A stretch of DNA of 63,768 nt, counting the filler, from Reclinomonas americana ATCC 50394 (Eukaryota), in NCBI GenBank assembly GCA_048213135.1. It is 14 parts of 14 records of this genome, joined end to end, with 100 filler letters (N's around TTAATTAATTAA, not from the genome) between each part and the next. Parts side by side here need not be neighbours in the genome. Positions count along the whole stretch, not along the records: positions 45,062 to 53,089 come from AFZH01023614.1; positions 53,190 to 55,292 come from AFZH01023615.1; positions 55,393 to 57,287 come from AFZH01023616.1; positions 57,388 to 62,388 come from AFZH01023619.1; 10 more parts are not named here. One strand, 5' to 3'. Position 1 is the stretch's first letter, and each line of letters starts with the position of its first letter. The notes under the pieces were generated by a model. The model worked only from the letters and a program-made list of their open reading frames with translations, searched no databases and was not told the origin of the DNA. Positions 45,639 through 59,809 of this stretch are shown here, in pieces. Made by a program: the position numbers and the translations under genes.

Positions 45639-48600
45639 ACGACAAGGCTCTCCGCGCGGCATCTCTCGCCTCTGATCGGCGGCACACCACTGCGCTCTCG
45701 GGACCGCCTCCGATGGCGTTTGATGTCGCGCCACTGCCCGTCAGTGCCTCGTCAGTGACCGACGCGGCCTCGTCGACGCTCGCAGCTGGAGCAGCAGGTC
45801 ATCTGCAAGAGGGAACACCGCCAGTGGGCAAGGTTGAAGAAGAAGAGGAACAGGAGGAGGAGGAGGAGGAGGAGGAGGAAGAAGAGGAAGAGGCACCGGC
45901 ATCGTCGAGTGTCTTGTCGTCGTCACTGTCGTCGTTGACGACGCATCTGTCGAGTCCACTGGCGCACACGCGGAATGGGAGCGGGAGTCTGCCATCTACG
46001 GAGGAGGACGGATCGTGGGAGCGGGAAAAGGATCGGGGTGCGCCGGCAGTGGCGGTGGCGGCGGTGCGGCCGCCGCTGAGTCCTTCCATGGGCGCCGCCA
46101 AGCCACCACGGCCTCCGTCAGTGCGCAGTCCGTCGTCGTTGTTGTCGTCGCCGCCGTCGTCGCCGCCGCCGGTGTTGGGTGCGGTGGCGTCGCCGGGAAG
46201 CGCCGGTGTGCTGTCACCCATGGCGTCGCCGCCGGCCCCCTCATACACGCCGTCGCCGCTCAGCAGTGCCGCCGAGGGGCATGTGAGTCCCGGAGCGGTG
46301 TCGATCCAGGTGGTGTCCACGGGCACTGCGACAATGCCGGTGAGCGGTGGTGGTGCAGGTGCTGGTGGCACTGTCGGCGGCGGTGGCGAGAGCAGTGGCA
46401 CGACAGCCACTGTCCCACACGTGAAGATTTCGCTCGGTGGCTCTGCGCGCGGTACGGTGCAGCGATCGAACTCAATCAGCGCCTTCCCCGCCGGCATGTC
46501 GCTGGCGGAGCTGTTCCGCAAGCAAAAGGAGGAAGAAGATATCAAGAAGAAGATTGCCGACGCACCAAACTCGACGCTGGCGAAGAAGGCCGAGGTGGCC
46601 AAGGTCGACGCCATTCCCGGCTCACTATTGCTGTCGGATCGAGTGCCAGACATGCATGTTCCGCCGGTACGTGAGAGAGAGAGGGGAAGGGGGGAAAATC
46701 CCATGTTCCCTCTTGTTTTTTTGCTCATGGTGGTCGTGTCGAGGCAGGTCACGCGCCGCGCCCGCTCTGCATCGCTGACCTCGTTCAATGGCATTCCGAC
46801 GATTGACCCGAAGGTGGCCGATGGTTGGCGCGCCGAAGTTGGTCGGTCGTCGCCCGTGCCGCCTGTTGTCGAGAGTGGCACGGCTCCACCGTCGCCACCC
46901 ATGTTGTCAGCCAGCACCTTCACCTCCGGTTCCTCTCTTGGTGGCTCACTACCGGCTTCACTAGCCTCACCGCCGACGGCGGAGGGGGCCAGTGGCAGCG
47001 CACCACCACGGCCACGCGGACGCACACGAAGTCGCTCTGTGGGACCCGTGTTGCAGAACTTGTTGTTCCCGCCATCGCAGCCGCCGCCCACGATTGAGCA
47101 GCTGGAGGAGATGGAGGGTTCGTCATTCAGCAGCTGTCTTCTTTTCCCCCCGCTCTCTTTTTTCTTACTTGATCGTGTGCCTGCGTGTGTGTGCAGCGGA
47201 ATCGGAGGAAGACGAGGCCTCCGAGTACACCAATTCGGAGGAGGCGGAGCGGCATCACGTGAGCATGATGGAGCAGATTACTCGCGATTTGGGAGTGGTG
47301 GATGCCACAGAGGGCGCCCTCGAGGAAGACGCGTCTGCAGAGGAGGATTTGCAGACGACCGCCGAGAGCCTGTGGATGGAAAACGACTCGTTCTCCAACC
47401 AAATGTTTGGCATCTTGATTCCGCAGTGGATGGCCAGGGACCGATTTGGTTGCGTGTGCCTCATTTTCCTCTCTTCCATGTGTATGCGCGTGATTCTTAT
47501 CGAAGCTTGTGTGGGGCACAGCGGGCGAGGAGGACGAGACGATCAAGGACGCCGAGGACATTGACCTGTGGACCGAACTCGAAGACAACGAAATTGTGCA
47601 CGTGGTGTACGACGGACCTCAACTAAAGGCCGCCTCGATCAACCGGCTCATCGAAATGTTTACGCCGGCGTCGGCGTGGCCCGACGCCAAGTTTATCAAG
47701 ATTTTCCTGCAGACCTTCAAGTCGTTCCTCTCACCCGAGAAGCTGCTGCGGAAGCTGGTGCAAAGATATGTGGTGGTTGTGTGTGTCTGTGTGTTTCTCC
47801 AGTCGGGGTGCTGACTCCTTGTCTTCGTTCCCGTTCGAGCACATATGACGTGCCGCAGAATGACGATTTCCTCACACCGACCGGCGACCCGATTTGCATG
47901 TCCACGTCGGCCATTCAGCTGCGCGTCTGCAACATGATTCGCCAATGGATGGAGGTCGACTTTTCGTCGTTCGACAAGCCGCTGCTGCAGACTCTGGAGG
48001 ATTTCATCCGCACGAGACTCTCCACCGAGAAGATCATGCAGCCGTACTCCCGTTTGCTGCGTGGTATCATTCATCGCAAGGTCTGGTACTTTTGTTTCAC
48101 TCCACGCCATATTTCTTTTGCCCGTCCTCACTTCTATTGGGGGGCGGCAGTTGACGGGCGATGACGACAGTGCGGTGCCGGCCGGTGAACCACCACTGCC
48201 GTTGGTACCCACGGAGATTGGAGCGGTGATCTCGTGGGAGAATGTGTGCGAGGAGGAACTGGCGCGCCAGCTCACGCTCATTGATTACGAGCTGTACAGA
48301 GTGATTTATGTGCGTGGAGGGTACAGGGGAAGGGTAGAAGGGAAAGGGGAAGAGAGAGTAAGGAGAAAGCTTATAGAGGAAAGTGGGAGGGAACGGGAAA
48401 GGGCATAGGTGAGAGAGAATGAGGAAAGGGACTGAGAGAGGAAAGGAGAGCGAGAAGAGGGAGGCCGTCAGCTCACTGGTAAATTCCTCACCCTCGGAGG
48501 GTGAGGGAGAGAGAGCGATATAGACAGGGTAAGGAGAGGGTGGAGTGGAGTGCAGTGGAATGGAATGGATTGAGACACAGAGAACATGGGAGAGGTGAGG

Positions 48601-51412
48601 GGCAAGGAGAGACGCAAGGGCGGTATAGTGTGGAAGAGAACGCAATTGGTCGAGAAAGAGAGAGAGAGAGAGAGTGAGAGACCGAGACTGAGAAGGAGAT
48701 AGAGAGACTGAGAGAGACTGAAAGAAAGAAAGAGACAGAAGAGATTGAGAGAGAGAGAGAGAGAGCGGAGGAAAGAAATGGGAAGCGAGAGAGGGTGAGA
48801 GACAACGAGAGACATGTGAGAAGCCAACTATTTGAGTCACGCACCGCTCACTCTCTGGGAGGAAGGAGAGGGAAAGGGGAAGACAGAATTAAAAAAGGGA
48901 CTGTGTGAGTGTGTAAGTGGAGGGGGAAGCGAGAGAGACCACATTTGGAGATTGAAGGGGAAGGAAAGAAAAGGAATGGAGGATAACTAAGAGAGCGTGC
49001 ATGAGGGAGTGATAGAATGGAGGGGGAGTAAGAAATCGTCGGAGAGAGGAACTGGCACTGGGAGGAAGAGAGGAAGAATTGAGGGACTGCGTGAGTGTGT
49101 GAGTGGAGGGGGAAGGGAGAGTGACCACATTAGGAGATAGAAGGGGAAGGAAAGAATAGGAATGGAGGGTAACTAGGAGAGAGTGCATGAGGGAGTGATA
49201 GAATGGAGGGGAAGTAAGATATTGTCGGAGAGAGGAACTGGCACTGGGAGGAAGAGAGGAAGAATTGAGGGACTGTGTGAGTGTGTGAGTGGAGGGGGAA
49301 GGGAGAGAGACCACATTAAGAGATAGCAGGGGAAAGAGAGAAAAAGAATGGAGAGTAACTAGGAGAGCGTGCGTGAGGGAGTGATAGAATAAGAAATCGT
49401 CGGAGAGGAACTGAGAAAGTGTGGGAGGAAGAGGAGGAGGAGACCACTTATTTGCTCTCGCAATGGGAGGGGGTGGGAGGAGTGAGAAAAGAGTTTGAAA
49501 TTGTCTGTGATTGTGGCTCACACTCTCCCTCCTCTTTGATGCAGCCGTCCGAATATCTCGGTCAGGCGTGGAGCAAGCCAAAACTGCGACACAAGTGCCC
49601 GAACTTGATGAGTTGCGTCTCGAGTGCATTTCACACGCACACTGTCGTCTTTATGTGCTGACGCCTGTGTATCTCTGCGCCAGACATGATTCAACGCTTC
49701 AACAAGATTGGGTGCGTACCACCTCCCTCCTCTCTGTGTCACTTCCCCCGCTCACTCCTCCGCACAGTCACTGGGTCGCCTCGCAAATCCTGCTGCCAAC
49801 TTCGGTGTCAAGGAGAACGCACATGATTTGCAGATTTATTCGGCTGGCGGTGGAGCTGAGAAAAATCAACAACTTCTCGTCGGTGGTCGCGGTGCTCTCC
49901 GGTCTGGACATGGATGGTGAGCCTTTGTTGTGCAAAAGTGCTTTGTTATTCGTACACGGGGATTCTCACCACCGCGCCACAGGTGTCTTCCGTCTCAAGT
50001 GCTCGTTTGAGAACGTACCGAAGGAGCTGTTGGACGAGAAGGACAAGATGCGCGCGGAGATGGCGTCGGAGCGCAAGTACAGCAAGTATCGTGCCGCTCT
50101 TCGTGACTGCAAGCCGCCGGTCATTCCCTTCATGTTGCGTGTGCGACGATGATCTTGTTCCCTCCCTACATGTTTTGACTGTTGTTTTTTTCTGTTGCAG
50201 GGCGCCGTTCCAGAACGATTTGGTCGGAGTCGAGGATAACAACTGGAATACGATGTTGGTGGAGGGTGTGCGCATGATTAACTGGGAGAGGCGTCGGTTT
50301 ACGTCGGAGGTGCGGAAAGGGGAAGGGAGGGGGATAAGAGGGGAAGGGAGAAGGGGGAAGAGGGAAGCTGTGCATTAGTTTGCAGTTTCTGACGTTTCTG
50401 CACCTTGGAGTATCAGAGTTTGTACGTGTGTAAATGTGCAGAGGAACGAACAGGATGAGTGATTGATTATTCTGTGTTTATTGTGTCTCTATTCTCTCTC
50501 TGTGAGCGCATTACGCATGGTGTGAGACGGAGAAGGGGGAAGAGGGAAGAGTGCATTAGTTTGCAGTTTCTGAGGTTTCTGCATCTTAGAGTATCAGAGT
50601 TTGTACGTGTGTAAATGTGCAGAGGAACGAAGAGGATGAGAGTGATTGATTATTTTGTGTTTATTGTATGTGTCTCTATTCTCTCTCTGTGAGCGCATTA
50701 CGCATGGTGTGAGACGGAGAGAGGGAGAAGGGGGAAGAGGGAAGCAGTGCATTAGTTTGCAGTTTCTGAGATTTCTGCACCTTGGAGTATCAGAGTTTGT
50801 ACGTGTGTAAATGTGCAGAGGAACGAACAGGATGAGAGTGATTGATTACTCTGTGTTTATTGTATGTGTCTCTATTCTCTCTCTGTGAGCGCATTGCGCA
50901 TGGTGTGAGACGGAGAGAGGGAGAAGGGGGAAGAGGGAAGCAGTGCATTAAATGTGCAGAGGAACGAACAGGATGAGAGTGATTGATTACTCTGTGTTTA
51001 TTGTGTCTCTATTCTCTCTCTGTGAGCACATTGCGCATGGTGTGAGACGGAGAGAGTGAGCTATCGTGAATCGTTTGGTTTCCTTACTTCATCACCTCTT
51101 ATGTCAGTTATTTGGACGTGCAAGCATTGTATCTGATTCTCACCACCACTCTCTCCCCGCACCAGGTCATCCAGTACATGCTCTTTGGTCAGCAACATCC
51201 GTACAATTTCCGCGTCGTGCCTCAACTCAAGCAACAATTGGTCAAGATGGAGGGCACGATGACGGAGGTTTCCCCCCTCTCTTTTCGTGTGTGTGAATTA
51301 TATTTGCGTGTCACCTCACTCACGCACTTGCCTCTCCGACCAGAACGAGTCGTACAAGCTAAGTATGGTGCGCGAACCTCGCGGTGTAACAAAAGCCGAG
51401 CTGGAGCCATGA
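45639..51412 (+). CDS. Ras guanine-nucleotide exchange factor (REM + CDC25 domains) with a Pro/Ser-rich N-terminus, 5' partial
   Basis: REM: LKAASINRLIE..FLQTFKSFLSPEKLLRKL..QLRVCNMIRQW. CDC25: ELARQLTLID, MIQRFN..WVASQIL, NNFSSVVAVLSGL, PPVIPFM..NDL, MINWERRR. Ends YKLSMVREPR..LEP*. Confidence 0.93.
48885..49410. repeat. ~186-190-bp purine-rich tandem repeat, 3 copies, in a RasGEF intron
   Basis: AGAATT..GGGACTG(T/C)GTGAGTGTGT..GGAGGGGGAAG..GACCACATT..GAGTGATAGAAT recurs at about 48885, 49075 and 49261. Confidence 0.88.
50350..51056. repeat. ~181-197-bp tandem repeat, 3 full copies plus 1 internally deleted, in a RasGEF intron
   Basis: GTGCATTAGTTTGCAGTTTCTGA..GAGTATCAGAGTTTGTACGTGTGTAAATGTGCAGAGGAACGAA..GCATGGTGTGAGACGGAGA starts at about 50370, 50551, 50748 and 50943. 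Confidence 0.92.
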
Positions 51413-51749
51413 GGTGGTGCCTGGGGAAAAACACGACCCTCTCGACAGTGATTACGATGCACAGGAGCAATGTAAAACTACAATGTGTCTTGTTGTTGCA
51501 GGGGAAAGGGGGAAGGTAGGATGGAGGTGGAGGGGAAGGCGACTGGCGTGGTGGAGGGGAAGGTGACTGAGGGGAAGGAGTGGGGTGGTGGGGAAGGAGA
51601 CGGAGGTGCACCACTGGTCAAGGGCAGGTCACGTGCTCGCACCAGTGGCTGACTTATTAGAGCATCTGTTTCACGACGGTCTCTGTGGAGTCTCGGTTAC
51701 AGCGCTGCGGTGACAGACTTTGACTGCCATCTGGTCATTGGCATACGAT

Positions 51750-52762
51750 AGCGATTCGTTGTGACTGTTCTCCATCGTGTGGGATACACATGCAGTCCGC
51801 CGTCATGCAAAGACGACAATTTCAACTGTACTGTACACGCGTTCTCTGCTTGCTCCTGTCGCTGTCGGCTGCAGGTCAGTCAACGCGCACACTTTCTGAC
51901 TCACTGACCACCGTGTGAGAACTCTAGCGCACAAAGAAACCACAACCAGCTTGTGTAATCGCACCTTATGTACACCGACAACGACCGCGACTCTTCCGTA
52001 TCTCCGCGTGCAGATGGCACGCACGCTGTTCAGCAGCAGCACACATGCGCCCACACGCACCGTCACCATGTTCCCCAGCGTTCACCGCAACACCGCAGCA
52101 AAAACCGATGGCGAAGGACTGAAGAAGTTCTCTTGTTTGCAATTGTGCATTCTTGTCATTGTCAAGCGATTCGTTGTGGCTGTTCTTTGTTGTTTGGGAT
52201 ACACATGCAGTCCACAGCGTGCAAATTCATGGTCCCGTCATGCAGATAACAACCAAACTCTAGTGCCGAGGGAAACCACAGCCAGCTTGTGTAATCGCAC
52301 CTTATGTACACCAACAACGACCGCGACTCTTCAGTATCTCCGCGTGCAGATGGCGCGCACGCTGTTCAGCAGCAGCACACATGCGCCCACTCGCACCGTC
52401 ACCATGTTCCCCAGCGTTCACCGCAACACCGCAGCAAAAACCGATGGCGAAGGACTGAAGAAGTTCTCTTGTTTGCAATTGTGCATTGTTGTCATTGTCA
52501 AGCGATTCGTTGTGGCTGTTCTTTGTTGTTTAGGATACATATGCATGCAAATGCATGGTCCCGTCATGCAGATAACAACAAAACTCTAGTGCCGAGGGAA
52601 ACCACAACCAGCTTGTGTAATCGCACCTTATGTACACCAACAACGACTCCGCGTGCAGATGGCGCGCACGCTGTTCAGCAACAGCACACATGCGCCTACA
52701 CGCACCGTCACCATGTTCCCCAGCGTTCACCGCAACACCGCAGCAAAAACCGATGGCGAAGG
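51750..52762. repeat. ~330-bp tandem repeat (about 2.5-3 copies), intergenic, upstream of the MORN gene
   Basis: CCAGCTTGTGTAATCGCACCTTATGTACACC...ATGTTCCCCAGCGTTCACCGCAACACCGCAGCAAAAACCGATGGCGAAGG at about 51946, 52282 and 52608. Confidence 0.92.
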
Positions 52763-52868
52763 CGGGAACTGCCACCACTACGATTTCTATCCGCAATCAC
52801 CGCAACCGCACCTCACATCATCATCATTGCCTTCTGTGGCATCGCTGTCTCCTCCACCTGGTTTCTCC

Positions 52869-53054
52869 ATGTCGGCGGCCTCTATGAGGAGGTCGCCAGT
52901 GTCGACTGTGGCGCAGGTGGTGGGAGCGGCGAGGCAGGAGATTGTGATGCGCGTGAAGCAGTTGGTGTATGAGGATGGGTCGTCGTATAATGGGCAGGTG
53001 AGGGTGGGGAGAAGGGGAGGGCAGAAGGGGGAGGGAGGGAGGGAGGGACGGAGG

Positions 53055-53089
<35 letters not shown>

Positions 53090-54164
53090 NNNNNNNNNNN
53101 NNNNNNNNNNNNNNNNNNNNNNNNNNNNNNNNNTTAATTAATTAANNNNNNNNNNNNNNNNNNNNNNNNNNNNNNNNNNNNNNNNNNNNTCGCTCTGCCT
53201 GTATCGCTCTCGCTCTCTCTCTCTCTCTCTCCCTCTCTGTGTGTTTCTGTCTCTCTCTCTCTCTCTGCCTGTCTTGCACCCTCCTGCGCTCTCTATCTTT
53301 GCCTGTCTTCACCTCATCGCCAGATCTCTCTCTATTCCATGATCTCCTCCCTTCTCTGCTCCTCGTCTTCTCCATCTCCTTCTTTGGTGTTTGTGTGTTG
53401 TTATTGCTCTTCTCCACCGAAACCCAAGTCTACCCAATTCGTTCGGTCGCTCACTGTTTGCGGTGCGCAGGTGGACGACCACGATCGCCCACACGGAAAA
53501 GGCACTCATCGATGGCCCTCTGGCGCTTGTTATGATGGTCAGCTGTTCTTCCCCTTCTCTCTCTCTGTTGTCCTTGGCCACTGGCTCACCTGTGGACACA
53601 GGCGACTACATGCACGGACAGCGACACGGTCGCGGCAGATATCGGTACGCCGACGGCGGCGTGTACGAGGGCTCGTTCGAGAACGACCTGCAGCACGGCA
53701 TCGGCACGTTTGTGGACGCTGCGGAGAGTGCCAAGTACTCGGGCGAGTGGAAGCAGGGGTCGCGCGATGGATTTGGGCGACTGGAGGTGACGAGTGGTGG
53801 TGGTGGTGGTGGTGGTGGCAGTGGTGTGGCGGCGCCCGGTGTCTTCGAGGGCGACTTTGTGCAGAACGAGCGGCACGGCAACGGCACGTTTCGTTTCGCC
53901 GACGGTCGCGTGTACACGGGTCAGTGGCAGCACAACATGCGCCACGGGGACGGCATGTTTCTGTGGCCGGATGGGCGGGCGTATGCGGGCGAGTATCGGC
54001 ACGGGAAGAGGCACGGGCAGGGGAGATTTTCGTGGCCCGATGGCAGCTCGTACACCGGTGCCTTTGCCGATGATCAGCGCCACGGGCATGGTGTGTATGT
54101 GTGGGGCGGGGATCGGCAGAGGTGGGAGGGGGAGTTTGTGCGGGATAAAATGATGAAGCAGTGA
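52869..54164 (+). CDS. MORN-repeat protein
   Basis: YEDGSSYNGQ|VDDHDRPHGKGTHRWPSGACYDG|DYMHGQRHGRGRYRYADGGVYEGSF... about 9 Y-x-G-x-W/F..RHG-x-G repeats. TGA at 54164. Spans one gap. Confidence 0.9.
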
Positions 54165-54364
54165 AAGTTGCGGGAGCGTGGACATTTCCCACGATGACTC
54201 ATGCCTCGATTTGTCACACACTCTCAATCACAGTGGCGTGTGTGCGTGCAAGCACGAGCGAGAGGCGAGTCCGTCCACACTCGCCTGCTGCTCTTACAAC
54301 ACACACACGCGTGCTCACTTTTTCCATTTTGTGAGTAGCCCACTTTTATCCACACAACACACAA

Positions 54365-54725
54365 ATGTCGTATCACTATTACGGCCCCGAGAATGCGCTC
54401 AAGCGTGCAGGCGGTGAGTGGAGCAACAGTGAGAGAGAGAGAGCGAGAGACAGAAAAGTGGGGCCATGTTGTCTGCACATGGTGTTCATGTCATGCGCAC
54501 ACACTCTCTCTCTGCTCTGCTCTCTCTCACACGCGTTTGCCCCCCATTGCAGAGCTCATTCGTGTGGGACACCGCGGAGAGGCACTTCAAGCACTTCACG
54601 ATGTGCTGGCGCTCAATCGCCGAAAGTTCCTCTGGCAAAAGGCCTATGAGGACCTCATGATGTTGTACATTGAGCTGTGCGTGGAGCTGCGTCGTGGCCG
54701 CCTGGCCAAGGATGGTCTCATTCAG
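54365..54725 (+). CDS. EIF3A: Translation initiation factor eIF3 subunit A, first two exons
   Basis: [66 protein letters not shown], the diagnostic eIF3a N-terminus. Confidence 0.93.
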
Positions 54726-55399
54726 GTTGGAAACGAGGGGGAATGAGGAAGGGGGAAAGGGGGAAGAGCTGTCTGTGATTGCATCTCTCCTCACTGTCTC
54801 TTGTGTGTGAGTCTCTGCTTCTATGTGTTGCTTTCTCTCTGTCTCCTTACGTGCGTGTCTCAGTGTCTCCCTGTGTCTCTCATTGTCTCTGTCTCTTTAC
54901 ATGCCTGCTTGTCTCAGTATCACTCTGCATGCCGATCTCTCTGTCTCTCGTAAGTCTGCCTAACTGTCTCTCCGTGTGCGCGTTCTCTCTTTGCATCTCT
55001 GTGTTGCCGTCTCTGTTGCTGTCCCTCTGTCTGTCTTTGTGTCTCCCTGAATCTCTGCGTGCGTGTGCATTCGTCTGTGTCTCTTGCATGTCTGCTTGTC
55101 TCAGTATCACTCTAGATGCCGATCTCTCTGTCTCTCGCAAGTCTGCCTCACTGTCTCTGTCTCTCCGTGTGCCCGTGTTGTCTCTCTCTGAATCTCTATG
55201 TCTGTGTATCTCACTCATTCTCTGCGTCTCTCTGAGTCTCTGCGTGCTTGTACATTCTTCTATGTGTCTCTCTATGTTGCCGTCTCTTTGTGNNNNNNNN
55301 NNNNNNNNNNNNNNNNNNNNNNNNNNNNNNNNNNNNTTAATTAATTAANNNNNNNNNNNNNNNNNNNNNNNNNNNNNNNNNNNNNNNNNNNNTTACTTA

Positions 55400-55483
<84 letters not shown>

Positions 55484-55675
55484 AGTCCCATTCTCTCTTA
55501 TTTTCTCACTCTCTCTCACAGCCCCTTTCTCTCTTGTTTTTCTCTCTGTCCCCCTCTCTCTCACACACACAGTCCCTTTCTCTTTTACTTTCTCTCTGTC
55601 AGTCCCTTTCTCTTTTCATATCTCTCTCTCTCTCTCTTTCTATTCTCTGTTCATCTCATTTGTGTTTCTCGGCAG

Positions 55676-56477
55676 GTGTGGTGACCACCATTAGCGGCTT
55701 CATCAGCAATCCTTTCGTCTCCGCGCCATTCGAGGCGGTGTCGTCGGTCGCCGTGAATCCTCGCGATCCAGACGGCATGTTTGTGTTGGATGTGGGCTCG
55801 TCGAGCAATCCGACGCTGCGGTACCTGTCGCCTGCCTACGGCTATGCTCAGTACCAGATGCAACGTTGCGACATGCTCTGTCCAGTTGTTGACTGGAGGA
55901 GATATCTGTGTACTCACCTTTGTCGCAGGCGTGTCGTCCACTGTCGCACTTGGCGCCATTGGCAGCAGCGACGATGCAGCGCTGTTGGCCACGAGTGGAG
56001 CCAACATTGCGAGCCTGGCATACTTGGATCGAGCCAGCTCGCCCGTCTTCGCGGACTCCACGGTAATCAAGTGTTTGTGAGTACGTGTCTGTGTGTGTTC
56101 CTTGTCGCTTACACCTTGTCGGCATGTAGGGGCGCATCCGCATCTTTGCTAGCACTCCGTCAATCGTGTACATTACGCCGGATTCAGTCGTGTTTGGCAC
56201 TTCCACATTCACCTTGTCGATGATTGGCTGCGGTGTGGCGTCGCTGCCAAACGACGTGACGCTCGCCAGCTCCACAGACTCGTGTGACACGGGTCCTTAT
56301 TTGACCTCGGAATTGGCGATCACTCCTGCCTTCGGAGCCGGTTCCACCGCCAGTCGCAGCTTTGTTAATGTTGACTTTACGGTGACTGGTACACTGCCGG
56401 AAGACGAATACCTGGTGTGCATCAGTTGGAATGTCGGCGACGATTATGTGTCGGCAGGCTCATTCAGCTACAGTTGA
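55676..56477 (+). CDS. 3' exons of a probable extracellular protein (NHL/beta-propeller-like strands + IPT/TIG-like domain)
   Basis: GVVTTISG..SVAVNP..MFVLD..VFADST|GRIRIF, then PSIVYITPDSV..FTLSMIG..YLVCIS..SAGSFSYS*. Three frame-consistent exons. Confidence 0.5.
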
Positions 56478-57862
56478 GGAAGCGGGGAAGGGGAAAGGGA
56501 GGGAGGGAGGGAGGGAGAAGGAGGGAGGGAGAGATGAGAGAAAGGGAGGAGGGAGGGAGAGAGAGAGAGAGAGAGAGACTGGCTCCGCTCCCTTTCTCGA
56601 CTGTCTCTTTTAGTTCACAAAGCTACTCGGCCCCCTTTGCCCGTCTCTCTTCTCATCACCTCTCACTCTCTCAGCAAACACGTGTCCTGTGCGGTGTGCG
56701 TCGTCTCTCTTTTTCCCGATCTCCTCAAAGCGCACTCTTTCTCCAAGATCTCACACTCTCAGAGAGTTGTCTCGCTCTGAATTCCCATTGTCCGCGGAAT
56801 GTCAACAGCGCTTGAATTCACCCCAACCTTGCTCCTGCATCCTATCGAGATCTCGTCTTTCCACGCCCGCTCTTGTTTTGTCATCGTGGCTTGTGACACA
56901 CGCACTCGAACTTATCCTCTGTTGCACGTATTTGCATCGTCTCACGCACTCTGAGGCGCCTTCTTGTGTTCTCTTAAAAATTTTGGTGTGTTCTTTCTTT
57001 CTTTTGTGTCTCTCTTCTTCGCCAATCTACCTTCTTCTCTCGCCTCCTTATGTGTCTTCCCTCTGCTTAATTTGCTATCATTTTCAGTACTCTCTCCTTC
57101 CTCCCTTCGTCTTTGCCGCTCTCTCCTTTCTTTCTTTCTCCGCCATTCCCCCTGTCTCTCCCCGTCCTTTCTCTTCCCCCTTTCTCTCCCCCTGTCGCCA
57201 CCTTTCTCCATCCTTCTCTCCCTTCATTCCCCCTCCTTTCTCTTCACCCATCTCTTCCCCTTCTCTTCCCCCTTCTCTTCCCCTTTCNNNNNNNNNNNNN
57301 NNNNNNNNNNNNNNNNNNNNNNNNNNNNNNNTTAATTAATTAANNNNNNNNNNNNNNNNNNNNNNNNNNNNNNNNNNNNNNNNNNNNAGAGAGAGAGAGA
57401 GAGAGAGAGAATAAAGTGGAATGTGTGCAGTGCACGCGGCGACGGTACTGAGTGCACGCAGTGTAGGTGAGATAAGAAGGGCACTTCGGCTCCTTTGCAG
57501 AGGGTTGCGCTGCGATAGAGAGGAAAGTCGCAGAGAAAAAGAGAGAGCGAAAGAGCACATGTCTGAGGAAGTTGATTTGTGACACGAAGAGGAAGGATGG
57601 GAACGACAGCGAGTGTTTGCGACTTTATTCTTAGAGAGAAAGTTAAAAGCAGAGAAACGAGCTGCAGAATGCGCACTGTTGTGCATTGCGATTGAATTCT
57701 TGACAGCGTGTGTGTTCCCGATCGCAAATTGCAGAAAGAAAGTGTGCTGTGCACATGGTGACGGAGAGCAGATAGCATGAGAGGGCAGCAGGTTGTCAAT
57801 GTGAGAGAGAATTAGACTCTGTGGCTTCTTGTGCTGATTCGACCTTTGTTTCTTTGCAACAG

Positions 57863-59809
<1,947 letters not shown>

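Noticed and set aside
50350..52762. Regularly spaced repeats considered as a CRISPR-like array
   Set aside because: Whole units are duplicated with no unique spacers, there are no cas genes, and the context is eukaryotic.
34607..54725. eIF3j and eIF3a in one window as a functional cluster
   Set aside because: They are separated by several gaps of unknown size and by unrelated genes. Most of eIF3a is missing, which shows that gaps can hide kilobases.
55840..55928. Possible GC-AG intron in the NHL/IPT-like gene
   Set aside because: A GTTGCG donor at 55865 gives the same phase and a typical 64-nt intron.
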